A DNA stretch of 64,000 bases. Source: Spirochaetia bacterium. GTDB lineage: Bacteria > Spirochaetota > Spirochaetia > DSM-2461. This document shows positions 10,117 to 20,514 of the stretch, piece after piece. Within the stretch, counting starts at the first letter, position 1; each line of letters starts with the position of its first letter. The translations under genes were made by a program, and so were the position numbers. The notes below the pieces were generated by a model that did not search any database, was not told where the DNA came from, and saw only the letters and a program-made list of their open reading frames with translations. The stretch lies in contig CAXXIA010000002.1 in the NCBI GenBank assembly GCA_963666985.2, positions 800,001-864,000 on the forward strand, read 5' to 3'.

Positions 10117-10985
10117 GCCTCGCGTCTCCGGCGGAAAAAAGCCTGGAGGCTTTCGGCGGGTTCTTCATCGGTTCCGACTTCCAGAGTATCAACACCGGCG
10201 CTGCGGCATCCCTCCAGCCAAAGCCTGCGATGGTCGTCCCAGAATTCCGCGTATTCCTTTCTTAAAACGGAGGATCGCCCCCAGAGAGTCATTCCCTCTC
10301 CGGTTTCGGGATCTTCCAATTCCAAGAGACCCGTTTGAGGAAAGGCTTCATCCAGAGGATCGGAGATCCGAACGGCGATAACATCATGTTTCCTGGCCAA
10401 AAGCGCCAGTTCCGGCTGATAGCCGTCGCAGCGGAAATCGGAAAGTACGACGACGATACTCTTTCTCTTCAAGGTTTGGGCCGCGGTGCGAAGAGCCCCT
10501 CCGAGATCGGATCCCCGTCCGACCGGCTTGTAGCCGAGAACATCGCTGATCTGCCGGAGCACATGCTTTCGCCCTTTCCGCGGTACGATGAGTCTTTCGA
10601 TGCGATCGGTGAACAAAAGACAGCCGACCCTGTCGTCGTTCGCGACGGCCGCCAGCGAAAGAAGCGCGAACAGATTTCCCGCCACTTCCCTTTTATCCGC
10701 CTCTCCCGTGCCCATGGCCAAAGACGCGGACATATCCACAAGGAGGAAAAGAATCAGTTCCCTCTCTTCCTTGAAGGTTTTGGAATAAGGCGAAGTCATC
10801 CGGGAGGAAACATTCCAGTCGATAAAGCGGACATCGTCGCCGTATGCGTAATCGCGGACTTCATCGAACTCCAAACCGGGCCCCTTGAACACGGAATGGT
10901 AATTCCCCGCGAAAAGACTTTCGACGAGTTTCCTGGATCGAACATGGAGATGCCGAACCCTGGACGGCAAATCATCATGAATCAT
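10113..10985 (-). CDS. DUF58 domain protein (MoxR partner)
   Basis: SVFKGPGLEFDEVRDYAYGDDVRFIDWNVSSR, K.F.EERE, VDMSAS. Confidence 0.93.
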   Translation of the reverse strand: MIHDDLPSRVRHLHVRSRKLVESLFAGNYHSVFKGPGLEFDEVRDYAYGDDVRFIDWNVSSRMTSPYSKTFKEERELILFLLVDMSASLAMGTGEADKREVAGNLFALLSLAAVANDDRVGCLLFTDRIERLIVPRKGRKHVLRQISDVLGYKPVGRGSDLGGALRTAAQTLKRKSIVVVLSDFRCDGYQPELALLARKHDVIAVRISDPLDEAFPQTGLLELEDPETGEGMTLWGRSSVLRKEYAEFWDDHRRLWLEGCRSAGVDTLEVGTDEEPAESLQAFFRRRREA

Positions 10986-11962
10986 CAGGGAACGGAAACC
11001 GCGGCGAGCAGCCCTTCGATAACGGCGTCGGCATTCATTTGCTCCGCCTCGGCCTCATAGGAAAGAACAAGCCGATGGCGCAGAGCCATGGGCACAACCG
11101 CTTTAACATCCTCGGGGATAACGAAGGAGCGTCCCTCGAAAAGGGCCTGAACCCGAGCGCAGCGATAGATGGCCAAGGAAGCCCTTGGGGAGGCTCCGTA
11201 TTCGATGTAGCGGGTAAAAGGAAGCTTTCGCCGGTCCTTAACGCGGCTGGCGGCCACAAGAGAGACAATGTACCTGCGGATGCTTTCCTCGGCCTTGACG
11301 AATTCGGCGGCATCACGAAGCCGCCGAACCTTGTCCCGGTCGAGAATGCGCGTAAGAGGAATATCCGGATCGTCAACCATCCGCTCCAAAACCTCCAGTT
11401 CTTCGGCGGGACTCGGATAATCGACGTTCACCTTAATGAGGAACCTGTCCAGCTGTGCCTCGGGAAGGCTGTAGGTTCCTTCCTGTTCAATCGGATTCTG
11501 GGTGGCCATAACGAAAAACGGATCCGGAAGGGGATAAGTCTGTTCGCCGATGGTTACCTGCTTCTCGGACATGGCCTCAAGGAGCGCGGATTGAACCTTG
11601 GCCGGAGCCCGATTAATCTCGTCCGCCAGGACGACATTGGAAAATACGGGTCCTTTCCTCGGAACAAACTCGCCGGTCTGCTGTTTATAAATCATCGTTC
11701 CGGTAAGATCGGCGGGAAGAAGATCGGGGGTAAACTGAATCCGTTTAAACATCGCCGAAATAACATCGGCCAGGGTTCGGACCGCAAGAGTTTTCGCCAG
11801 ACCGGGAACGCCTTCCACCAGAACATGACCGCCCGCGATAATGCCGGTAAGAAGACCGTCCAGCAGAACGGATTGACCGACAACTCGTTTGCTCATTTCG
11901 TTTCGCGTCGCGCTAATGAGATCGCCGGCGGCTTTTATCGTATATTCATTTCCGAATTCCAC
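10985..11962 (-). CDS. moxR: MoxR-family AAA+ ATPase
   Basis: GVPGLAKT Walker A, RIQFTPDLLPAD, LADEINRAPAKVQSALLEAM, ATQNPIEQEGTY. Confidence 0.96.
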   Translation of the reverse strand: MEFGNEYTIKAAGDLISATRNEMSKRVVGQSVLLDGLLTGIIAGGHVLVEGVPGLAKTLAVRTLADVISAMFKRIQFTPDLLPADLTGTMIYKQQTGEFVPRKGPVFSNVVLADEINRAPAKVQSALLEAMSEKQVTIGEQTYPLPDPFFVMATQNPIEQEGTYSLPEAQLDRFLIKVNVDYPSPAEELEVLERMVDDPDIPLTRILDRDKVRRLRDAAEFVKAEESIRRYIVSLVAASRVKDRRKLPFTRYIEYGASPRASLAIYRCARVQALFEGRSFVIPEDVKAVVPMALRHRLVLSYEAEAEQMNADAVIEGLLAAVSVP

Positions 11963-11981
11963 TCTGTTAATCGTCCTTTTC

Positions 11982-13256
11982 CTATGTCCTGTAATCGGTG
12001 TTTATTTTAACGTATTCTTCCGAAAGATCGGATGCGATTATAGCGGAAGAAGCCTCTCCGAGTCCCAAGTTCACTTCAATCTCAATCCGTTTTTCATGAG
12101 CCGGCCAGCGGGGTGCGGGAAGAGGAAGTTCCCGTTCTTTTAAGTACCGGTTTAAGGATTCCTCCAAGGCGCCGTCAAGTTTGAATTCCCCCGAAGAATA
12201 CACTTCACGGCCGCCGATGGTCAGAACGGTCCGTTCTCTGGAGAAATTGATGCCGAGCCTGCCGCAGGCGGCTCCTATGGCCTGAAGAATTCGTCCGATG
12301 TTGGGATCGTTCCCGCGAATGGCGGTCTTCGTCAACGGCGCGTTGGCCACCGATCGGGCCAGAGCCGTCGCCGTCGGTTCATCGGGAGCGCCGGATACGA
12401 TGATTCTGAAAACATGGCCGCAGCCCTCGCCGTTTCTGACGACATCCTCGGCCAAGGCCGAGGATGTTTCGAAGAGAGCCGAAGCAAATGCCTCATCACC
12501 CGGATAAGGCCGCTTCCGGGAAGAAAGGAGAATCACCGTATCGCTGGTGCTCATTTCCCCATCGACGCTGATTCGGTTGAAGCTCCGCTTTACGACATCG
12601 GACAAAATACGCCGGGCCGCATCGCGCGGAACATCAACATCCGTAAGAAGATAAGAGAGCATCGTGGCCATATTCGGCTCCACCATGCCCGCCCCCTTGG
12701 CGGTGCCGACGATGCGGCCTTCGCCGCAAGATGCGCAGCGAATTTTGGGCCAGGCATCGGTGGTCATGATGGCCTCGGCGAAAGGAAGAAGGCTGTCCGA
12801 GCGGCGTTTTTGCACCAAATCGGGCATCGCGGTTTCCATCGCCTCAACCGGCAGCGACCATCCGATAACACCGGTGGATGAAGGGATAAACGGCGCCCGA
12901 TCTCCAAGTGCCGTCCGCATCGCTTCGGCCAAGCGGCGCGAGGCTTCCAATCCGCCGGAGGCACCGACATTGGCTACCTTGTTATTCACCAAAACCCCTT
13001 GTATCAGGGGAGCATCCAGCAGCTCCCGACCGACCAGCACCGGCCAGCCCGGAAAGGCGTTTTTCGTGAAAACACCGGCAAAGGAAGATGTGGGTTCGGT
13101 TGTCCGAAGAAGAGAAAGCTTCATGTGAAGAACGCCGGCATCCGGTTTCTCAACAGGAGTAAAATCCAAAGAGGTTACGGCAATTTCAAATCCTTCGGGA
13201 AGGAGTGCTTGAGATTCGAGGAATCCCCGCCATGCATCGGAATCGAAGTAATCCAT
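11982..13256 (-). CDS. argJ: Ornithine acetyltransferase / glutamate N-acetyltransferase
   Basis: STGVIG, IMTTD, autocleavage motif KGAGMVEPNMATML, ISVDGEMSTSD, NGEG, DPNIGRI, YVKINTDYRT. Confidence 0.95.
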   Translation of the reverse strand: MDYFDSDAWRGFLESQALLPEGFEIAVTSLDFTPVEKPDAGVLHMKLSLLRTTEPTSSFAGVFTKNAFPGWPVLVGRELLDAPLIQGVLVNNKVANVGASGGLEASRRLAEAMRTALGDRAPFIPSSTGVIGWSLPVEAMETAMPDLVQKRRSDSLLPFAEAIMTTDAWPKIRCASCGEGRIVGTAKGAGMVEPNMATMLSYLLTDVDVPRDAARRILSDVVKRSFNRISVDGEMSTSDTVILLSSRKRPYPGDEAFASALFETSSALAEDVVRNGEGCGHVFRIIVSGAPDEPTATALARSVANAPLTKTAIRGNDPNIGRILQAIGAACGRLGINFSRERTVLTIGGREVYSSGEFKLDGALEESLNRYLKERELPLPAPRWPAHEKRIEIEVNLGLGEASSAIIASDLSEEYVKINTDYRT

Positions 13257-13403
13257 AGGGAGTTATGATAGCGGACATGGACCTTATGCGTCCACGTAAG
13301 ATCATAAAGAAACGGAACGGACGAACCGGTTCAATCACCCGAAACAAGGGCGGCGGCAAGAACACTATATCCCGCCGCTCCCTCATACCCTATTTTGTTT
13401 GGA

Positions 13404-13592
13404 TTATTCCGCTCCGGCCGCCGCAGAGAGTTTTTCCCCGGATTCATACAACAAAAGATTCGATTGAAAATCCGCATTCGCACCGCCCGCATCGGCCCGA
13501 TTCTCGTCCGGATGCGATTCCGCCGCATACCGGCACGTGCCGGTATCGCTTTCGGAGAACCAAGAGGCCAAACCGTATGTAAACAGATCCAC
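13404..13592 (-). CDS. Possible small hypothetical protein (62 aa)
   Basis: GTG start 7 nt after AAGGAGG; acidic product MDLFTYGLASWFSESD...; no recognisable family. Confidence 0.35.
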   Translation of the reverse strand: MDLFTYGLASWFSESDTGTCRYAAESHPDENRADAGGANADFQSNLLLYESGEKLSAAAGAE

Positions 13593-14198
13593 GGTTATGC
13601 CTCCTTCCTCTGCATGAGGCTTCCGATCACCGACGGGGTGAACAATGATGCCGGTACGGTTTCGCAAGCGGGACTCCGTGCCGGTTGAGCGGGCGGCCGA
13701 CTCCTTCTTTTATTCATATCTTTCCTCCGCTTTCGGCCGGATGAGGAAACATCGCCCTTGGATTTCCAATCAAAAGCGGCGGATTCTTCATGAAGCCGAA
13801 CATTCTCGAACATACAGCCGGAAACCGATACAGACTATTTCGTCTTCGTTCGATTCCCGTTAAGAATCGGGAATAAGATAAAGACCGCTTCCGCTGATGT
13901 TCCGGTCTCTTCTCGTCCTCAATTCCTCATTCTTAAATAAGCAATGACCATACCAACCGTGAACAGGGCCGCAGGGACGGGAAAAGCATGATCCGAGGGA
14001 TCTGCCCGGTTTTTTTCGCCGAATTGGTAGGCAAAAATCGCCATTTTAAATAAACCGCCGGAGAGAACCGGCCCCGGCCGAAAACCGAGGCCGCATGCAT
14101 CAAACCGCGCCGCATGCCGAAATCGGCCGCCGGAAATCATGCCGGAGGATCGGCTTAAGGAAACAGCGCATCGGACCGATTCGGTGTACTATGGGCCT

Positions 14199-15080
14199 AT
14201 GCCGTTTAAAAACCCCCTAACCCTGGCCCTTCTTATCGGTTTGATCGGACTGGCGTTTATTCTCCTCATTACGGCCGTTCGCGGTTTTAGAAGAAAGCGG
14301 TTCGGCGATTCGTCGCCGGGAATCGGTCAGGACGAACTCCTGCGCCGCATCTCCCGGCAGCTCGATTCCCTGGATACAATCGGCCGGCGCGTCGAGGGAC
14401 TCGATAGGGCCTTCCGCATTCCCAGAGTCAGAGGAGGATTCGGCGAGTCGCTGCTGGAAGAACTGCTGGGAGCCTGGCTGCCGCGGGGTTCGTGGACGGC
14501 GCAATATACATTTCCCGACGGCACCCGGGTGGACGCCGTTATCCGAATGGGCAGGCATCTGGTTCCGGTGGATTCGAAATTCCCGCTGGAACGGATTGAA
14601 AAGTGGCTCATGGACGATGAGGCGCCCCTGAACGGGGAAGTGCGGCGCGCTCTCACGGGTCATGCGGAGGGAATCGCGGCGAAATATATCCGGCCGGAGG
14701 ATGGAACGCTGTCGTTCGCCCTGATGTACCTTCCGGCTGAGAATCTGCACTACAGGCTGCTGCGGGACGACGACGGCACCATGATGCGCGCCTGCCTGGC
14801 CTGCGGAGTGCTGCCGGTGGGGCCCATGAGCCTTTTCGCCTATCTGCAGACGATTTCTTACGGTCTGAAAGGTCTGATGCTTCCCGAAGAAGGAGAAGAA
14901 CTCAGACGCCGCATAGGCCGTTTGCGCCGTGACTTCGAAGCCCTGCTGAAACCGCTGGCCACGGCGTCCACGCATCTGAAAAATTTGAATAAAAGCTGGG
15001 AAGATCTGGATCGGCGTTTCGGACGATTCGAGGATTCGCTTGAAGCGATGGACGCAACTCGGAATAAAAAAGACCACTGA
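14199..15080 (+). CDS. rmuC: DNA recombination protein RmuC family (short form)
   Basis: N-terminal TM; RGGFGESLLEELL, RVDAVI, VDSKFP, FALMYLPAE motifs. Confidence 0.88.
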   Translation: MPFKNPLTLALLIGLIGLAFILLITAVRGFRRKRFGDSSPGIGQDELLRRISRQLDSLDTIGRRVEGLDRAFRIPRVRGGFGESLLEELLGAWLPRGSWTAQYTFPDGTRVDAVIRMGRHLVPVDSKFPLERIEKWLMDDEAPLNGEVRRALTGHAEGIAAKYIRPEDGTLSFALMYLPAENLHYRLLRDDDGTMMRACLACGVLPVGPMSLFAYLQTISYGLKGLMLPEEGEELRRRIGRLRRDFEALLKPLATASTHLKNLNKSWEDLDRRFGRFEDSLEAMDATRNKKDH

Positions 15081-15295
15081 AGCGGTGCCGAAAGGACTCT
15101 TCCGCCGCCGGCGGAAATCGGCACTTAAACAGGATCGGAAAGAAACGAACCCCAAAAAACGCCGCCCCCGCACCCCGGCTGACGGACGTCATGAATCAGC
15201 GTGAGGATAATCCAAAAAACTTCTTAGCTCAGTCAGTGCCGATTGGGAGCATCTTTATCTGACCGTCCTCCGGGGCTCAAAACGATAATAAACGC

Positions 15296-16348
15296 ATGAA
15301 CAGAAAAAGAATTCTGATAACCGGAGGTGCCGGAGCCGTCGGTCTGGAAACGCTTCGCGAACTGGTTAAATCACCGGGATACATCGACCTAAGAGTTCTG
15401 GATCTTCCCAATAAGCGGACACGGCGGGCCTTGGCGCCGTTTGCGAACCGCATCCGTTATATTCCGGGTTCCGTCGATAACAAAGAAATCGTCGATGAAG
15501 CCGTACGGGGTGTTGATACGGTCATTCACCTGGCGGCGATTATTCCGCCCGAGGCCGATTCCAATCCCATGCGCACCGGCAGAACTAACGTTTGGGGAAC
15601 CCATTTGCTCATCGATGCCGTTAAGCGCCTGGCGCCGGACGCCTTTTTCCTATATGCATCCTCGATTTCCGTCTACGGAGACCGCCTGGAGACTCCCTGG
15701 ATTGTCGTGAACGATCCTTTGCGTCCGTCGGAAGGCGATATCTACGCCGCCGGCAAGATCACGGCCGAACGCCTGATCCGCCGCTCGGGTCTCAGGCATT
15801 CCATATTCCGCCTCACGGCCGTTATGAGTCCCTCCGTCGCGCGAGGCGGCCATATCGATCCGCTGATGTTCCACATGCCGCTGGACACCTCGCTTGAAGT
15901 GGCAAGTTCCCGAGATGTCGGATTCGCCCTTTCCAGAGCCGTTCATCATGAAACCGAATTGGATGGAAAGATTTTCAACCTGGGCGGAGGCCCCGCCTGC
16001 CGCCTTAAATACAGAGATTTTCTGCGCCGAACCTTCAATGCTCTCGGTCTGGATTTCGATAAAATTGATGAAACGGCATTCGCGACACGGAATTTTCACT
16101 GCGGCTTTTACGCCGATTCCTGCGAGCTGCAGAGTCTTCTGCATTTCCAGAGAGATTCGGCGGAAAGCTGTATCGAATGGATCTCCGACTCGGTCCCCCG
16201 CTGGAAGCATTTTTTCACCGGCATGGCGAAATCAGCCATTGAACGATTCCTGCTTGAGAAATCCGATCCCCGCAACGCTCTGAAGCAGGGGAACCGTGTG
16301 CTGATCGAACGATTCTTCGGAAATCAAAGGCCTCTTGCGGGCTGCTGA
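15296..16348 (+). CDS. NAD-dependent epimerase/dehydratase (extended SDR)
   Basis: ILITGGAGAVG, HLAAII, SSISVYG, YAAGK catalytic YxxxK. Confidence 0.9.
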   Translation: MNRKRILITGGAGAVGLETLRELVKSPGYIDLRVLDLPNKRTRRALAPFANRIRYIPGSVDNKEIVDEAVRGVDTVIHLAAIIPPEADSNPMRTGRTNVWGTHLLIDAVKRLAPDAFFLYASSISVYGDRLETPWIVVNDPLRPSEGDIYAAGKITAERLIRRSGLRHSIFRLTAVMSPSVARGGHIDPLMFHMPLDTSLEVASSRDVGFALSRAVHHETELDGKIFNLGGGPACRLKYRDFLRRTFNALGLDFDKIDETAFATRNFHCGFYADSCELQSLLHFQRDSAESCIEWISDSVPRWKHFFTGMAKSAIERFLLEKSDPRNALKQGNRVLIERFFGNQRPLAGC

Positions 16349-16397
16349 TCCCGCCTGTTTTCCAAGCCGGAAGAAGGGAACCCGTACTCCGAGACTC

Positions 16398-16994
16398 TTA
16401 TTCCAATTCGCCCCGATTTGTGATAATCCGCGAGATTAAGCCGTATTCCAAGGCTTCCTCGGCATTCAGCCAGTAATCCCTGTCGGTATCTTCCGAAACC
16501 TTTTTCACTTTCTGGCCCGTCTCGTCGGCGATAAGCTTATTAATCTTCTCCCGAAGCTTCTCAAGCTCCTTGGCGTGGATTTCAATCTCGGTCGCGACGC
16601 CGCGGATGCCCGAAAGCGGCTGATGAATCAGGAAATGCGCATTGGGCAGACTGAGGCGGTTCTCTTTTTTCGCGGCCAGGTGCACCAAAGCGGCGGCGCT
16701 GGCCACCGTTCCCATCCCGATTGTCATCACTTCGGGCTTCACGAAGCGAAGCATATCGAAGATGGCATACCCGGCATCGGCATCTCCCCCGGGAGAATCG
16801 ATGAAAACCTTGATGGAGTCATCACCTTCGGCTTCCAAAAGAAGCAGCTGCTTAATAAGACGTTCGGCCAATTCCTTGTTTATCTCTCCGGAAAGAAGAA
16901 GGGTTCGCGTTTTCAGAAGCTTGGCCTGAAGTCCGTCGAGACCGTTCTTATCCTGCTTTTCGTTTTTTTCTTCGTCGTTGTTCAAGTCAAACAT
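16398..16994 (-). CDS. clpP: ATP-dependent Clp protease proteolytic subunit
   Basis: IDSPGG, VASAA (Ser), IHQP (His), DTDRDYWL (Asp), EALEYGLI. Confidence 0.96.
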   Translation of the reverse strand: MFDLNNDEEKNEKQDKNGLDGLQAKLLKTRTLLLSGEINKELAERLIKQLLLLEAEGDDSIKVFIDSPGGDADAGYAIFDMLRFVKPEVMTIGMGTVASAAALVHLAAKKENRLSLPNAHFLIHQPLSGIRGVATEIEIHAKELEKLREKINKLIADETGQKVKKVSEDTDRDYWLNAEEALEYGLISRIITNRGELE

Positions 16995-17139
16995 ATATAA
17001 TCCTCGTTTCGGTCAATAATACCCGTATACGGCGCTTTGAAACAAATCCGGAGACAGGCCAAAGACCCGATCTCTTCCGCCGACGTGATTAACGTAATAT
17101 AGTGAGCTCGGAAAAAACAGACAAGGACGGGATGAATTC

Positions 17140-18279
17140 ATGGTAAAAAGCGGCTTCGTCGCCATTGTCGGCCGCCCGTCCGCGGGTAAATCAACACTGC
17201 TGAACGCCGTTTGCGGGGAAAAGGTCGCCATAACCTCGCCGGTTCCTCAGACAACGCGCAACGCCATCCGCGGTATCGTTAATCGCGAATCCGGACAAAT
17301 CGTCTTTCTGGACACGCCGGGATACCACGAATCCGATAAGAAGCTGAACATCTACCTGAAGGATACGGTGCATCGATCCCTCAAGGATTCCGACGCGGTC
17401 CTCTACGTCGTCGACGCCTCCAAGCCGCCGGGAAAAGAAGAAGCCGCCGTTGTCGAGCTTTTGGCGAAGTCCCGTAAACCGGTCGTCGTCGCGATGAACA
17501 AAATGGATCTTCCCACCCCGCTTCTCGCGGAGATCCGCGGTCTTATCAAATTGAACCTGAATCCGGCGGCCATCATCGAAATATCCGCGATGAACGGATC
17601 GGGCACCGAAGAAATCATCAACGCCCTTCTCGAACAATGTCCCGAGGGAGAACCTCACTATCCGGAAGATTATTACACGGACCAGGATCCGGCGTTTCGA
17701 ATCGCTGAAATCATCCGGGAACAGGCCATCGCGCGAAGCGAAGAGGAGCTCCCCCATGCTCTTTACGTGGATATCGCCGATATGGAATTCGGCAATCCCG
17801 AAAGCCGCATGGAGGTGGAAACCGACGAAAAATCCAAGAACTCAACCGCGGCATTCTCTTCTCCGCCGGACGACCGTACGGCGGCGGTAAAAGCCGAAAA
17901 CGGCGGCTTCGGGACTCCGGAAACCGCCGCTCCAAAGCCGTCCGAAAAGACGGCCCCGAAAATGTCATCGGATGCCGATCCGACTCTCCCCGCGGGCGCT
18001 CCGGCCGGTTTCTTCGATGACGATTCCGCCGAACCGGCACCACGGCAAAAGCGGCAAACACTCTGGGTTCGGGCCTTTATCGTGGTGGAACGTTCATCTC
18101 AAGTCGGGATTCTGGTGGGGCACGGCGGGGAAAAAATTAAAGCCATACGCATCGGCGCCCTCCGGGAAATGAAACGCCTGTTTCCCTGGAAGATCCGCCT
18201 GGATCTTCGGGTAAAAGTGAACCCGAAATGGCGCAAGAAGGATCCGCTGCTCAAACATATGCTCGGATCGGCCGATTGA
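17140..18279 (+). CDS. era: GTPase Era with a long insertion in the KH domain
   Basis: GRPSAGKST, QTTR, DTPG, NKMD, EIIRE..EELPH, SQVGILVGHGG. Confidence 0.95.
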   Translation: MVKSGFVAIVGRPSAGKSTLLNAVCGEKVAITSPVPQTTRNAIRGIVNRESGQIVFLDTPGYHESDKKLNIYLKDTVHRSLKDSDAVLYVVDASKPPGKEEAAVVELLAKSRKPVVVAMNKMDLPTPLLAEIRGLIKLNLNPAAIIEISAMNGSGTEEIINALLEQCPEGEPHYPEDYYTDQDPAFRIAEIIREQAIARSEEELPHALYVDIADMEFGNPESRMEVETDEKSKNSTAAFSSPPDDRTAAVKAENGGFGTPETAAPKPSEKTAPKMSSDADPTLPAGAPAGFFDDDSAEPAPRQKRQTLWVRAFIVVERSSQVGILVGHGGEKIKAIRIGALREMKRLFPWKIRLDLRVKVNPKWRKKDPLLKHMLGSAD

Positions 18280-18371
18280 TCGGGCACATACAACACTAAA
18301 CCACAATTCCCTCACCATATCTTTATCCAATCTTAACCGAAAAGTTTTATCTTTCCGGCGGAAGGAATGCA

Positions 18372-19268
18372 ATGGATATCAGCTTTAAGTCCATGGACGG
18401 GCCGCTCACCATCGTCGCGCTCTCCGGCGACATGGATCTCTACTGCGCAACCGATGTAAAAATCAGTATTCAGGAATATTGGAAAAAACGTCAGGATGCC
18501 ATTATTCTCGATCTGGGGAATCTGAATTATCTCGACTCCAGCGGAATCGGAACCATCATCAAGCTCTTTTCCGAATCCAAGGCCATAGGCGTCGGCTTCG
18601 GTCTTTCGGAAGTTCCTCCGCAAATCCGGCAGATCATGGAACTAACGAAGCTCATCGGCTTTCTTCCGCTTTTCGATACCGTTGCCGAAGCCGTTGGGAA
18701 ACTCAATGGCGACCGATGGAAAGAAGAGGCGTCCCGTGACGAGCGGGGGCCGCTTCTGGTCAACAGCCGGCATTCCCTCTTCAGTCCGGAAGGAATGAAC
18801 TACAGGGATTTTAACATTGATTTCGGCCGCATTCGTTACCTCAGCCACCTTATCAGCCAGAAGGCGCCGCCGGAAATACGGGAATTCAATCTTCTCGAAC
18901 AGCAGATCAGTGAAATCGTCAAAAACGCCGTCCGTCACGGAAATCGCAACGATATCCGCAAAAAGGTAAAAATCTGGTATTCATTTACGCCCGAAAGAGC
19001 CCGGCTCATTATTGAAGATGAAGGAAGGGGCTTTCAGAACCTTGAAGAATGGAACGGATTCTTCCGCAAACGCATGGAATACTTCGTGAAGAATGATTTC
19101 TACGGCATGACCAACTACATCAGTTACCGAACCGCGGACAGCAGCGACGACGACGGCGGGAACGCCTTGTTCGCCGCCGTGGAATATTGGAACGATGGGG
19201 TGGTGTACAACGAAAAAAGAAACGCCGTTGCCGTGGGCAGAACCTTCGCGAAAGCCCCGGCCGATTAA
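18372..19268 (+). CDS. Fused STAS anti-anti-sigma domain and HATPase_c (RsbW-like) kinase domain
   Basis: N-terminal YLDSSGIG STAS phospho-site; C-terminal EIVKNAVRHGN N-box and IEDEGRGF G1 box. Confidence 0.85.
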   Translation: MDISFKSMDGPLTIVALSGDMDLYCATDVKISIQEYWKKRQDAIILDLGNLNYLDSSGIGTIIKLFSESKAIGVGFGLSEVPPQIRQIMELTKLIGFLPLFDTVAEAVGKLNGDRWKEEASRDERGPLLVNSRHSLFSPEGMNYRDFNIDFGRIRYLSHLISQKAPPEIREFNLLEQQISEIVKNAVRHGNRNDIRKKVKIWYSFTPERARLIIEDEGRGFQNLEEWNGFFRKRMEYFVKNDFYGMTNYISYRTADSSDDDGGNALFAAVEYWNDGVVYNEKRNAVAVGRTFAKAPAD

Positions 19269-19330
19269 CGGCATTCTTCCTGATAAAACGGAAGTCCGCT
19301 CCAACTAACCGGCCGTAAGCGTTACTCCGC

Positions 19331-20500
19331 TCAGCTCCCGAGAAAGGAATCCATGATTCCCCGATATCCCGCTCCGGCTTTCTCCAACTGATCGATTTCA
19401 ATATATTCGTCCACGGTGTGGGCCAAATTCTCGCGGGAAGGTCCGAATCCCAGGGTGGGAATTTTCGCTTCTCCGGCATAATGACTCCCGTTGGTGCAGA
19501 ATGAATACGTGGTGATTTCCGGTTCGATTCCGGCCGCGCGTATCCCTTTCAGAGCCTTCCGGATGAATTCGGAATCCTCCGAAAAATACCATCCGGGAAA
19601 AAAGCGCTCGCCTTCGATGATTTCGCCGGTATAGCAGGATTCCTTTCCCTTGGAGAGAGAGACTTCGGCCCGGAAACCGGGATCTTTCCGATTAAAATCG
19701 GAAATCACGTCTCTTAAAGGCTTTAAAACGGATTCGGGTGTTTCATCGACCAGTAAACGGCGATCGAAGGTGGCCCTGCAGTAATGGGGAACGACGGAAG
19801 CGCCGGGATACGGATCGGATTTGATATCGGTGAGTTCCAAAATCCCTTTGCCGAGCTCTTTTTGGAATTCGGTCGGCAATTTCCTGATGGAAGAAATCAA
19901 TTCCGCCATGTCGTAAACGGCGTTCCTGCCCTTCTCGGGATTGGCCGAATGGGCGTTAACCCCGAATGTCTCCACCACGATTTCCGCCCGTCCGCGCTGT
20001 CCGATCTTAAGATTCAGTTCGGAGGCTTCGCCGATAACGACAAGATCGGGTTTCACAGCTTCGGAAATCTTCCGAGCGGCCACGCCCTCGAAGCACTCCT
20101 CATGAACCACTCCCGCAACGCAGATGGTTCCGGCGAAGTTTCCACCCGTCTCTTCGGCGAATTCCGCGGCCGCCCAAAGCATGGCCGCAAACGCGCCTTT
20201 CATATCCGACGTGCCCCGGCCGTAAATCTTCCCGTCCCGAATCTCTGCGGACCAGGGGTCGGCCGTCCACCGGCTTTTATCCGCGGGAACGGTATCGATG
20301 TGGGCGTCGAATAAAAGAGTCGGGCCCGGACGTGTTCCTTCCGCGACGGCAAGACAATTTCCATAGGAATCAACGCGAAAATCGTTCAATCCCCGGCTTT
20401 TCCAGAATTCCTGAGCCGCCGTAACGACATTCCCTTCTTCTCCCGAATAGCTCCGATGACGAACGAGTTCCCGGCAGAGTTCCGTAAGCGTATAGTTCAT
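19331..20500 (-). CDS. M20-family metallohydrolase, YgeY-like
   Basis: SYSGEE, DAHIDTV, GRGTSDMKG, VHEE, AHSANPE, FCTNGSHY, GPSRENLAHTVDEY. Confidence 0.85.
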   Translation of the reverse strand: MNYTLTELCRELVRHRSYSGEEGNVVTAAQEFWKSRGLNDFRVDSYGNCLAVAEGTRPGPTLLFDAHIDTVPADKSRWTADPWSAEIRDGKIYGRGTSDMKGAFAAMLWAAAEFAEETGGNFAGTICVAGVVHEECFEGVAARKISEAVKPDLVVIGEASELNLKIGQRGRAEIVVETFGVNAHSANPEKGRNAVYDMAELISSIRKLPTEFQKELGKGILELTDIKSDPYPGASVVPHYCRATFDRRLLVDETPESVLKPLRDVISDFNRKDPGFRAEVSLSKGKESCYTGEIIEGERFFPGWYFSEDSEFIRKALKGIRAAGIEPEITTYSFCTNGSHYAGEAKIPTLGFGPSRENLAHTVDEYIEIDQLEKAGAGYRGIMDSFLGS

Positions 20501-20514
20501 ATTCTCTTCTCTCT

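Noticed and set aside
15220..15290. TAGCTCAG motif resembling a tRNA D-arm
   Set aside because: No T-arm (GTTCGA), acceptor stem or cloverleaf follows
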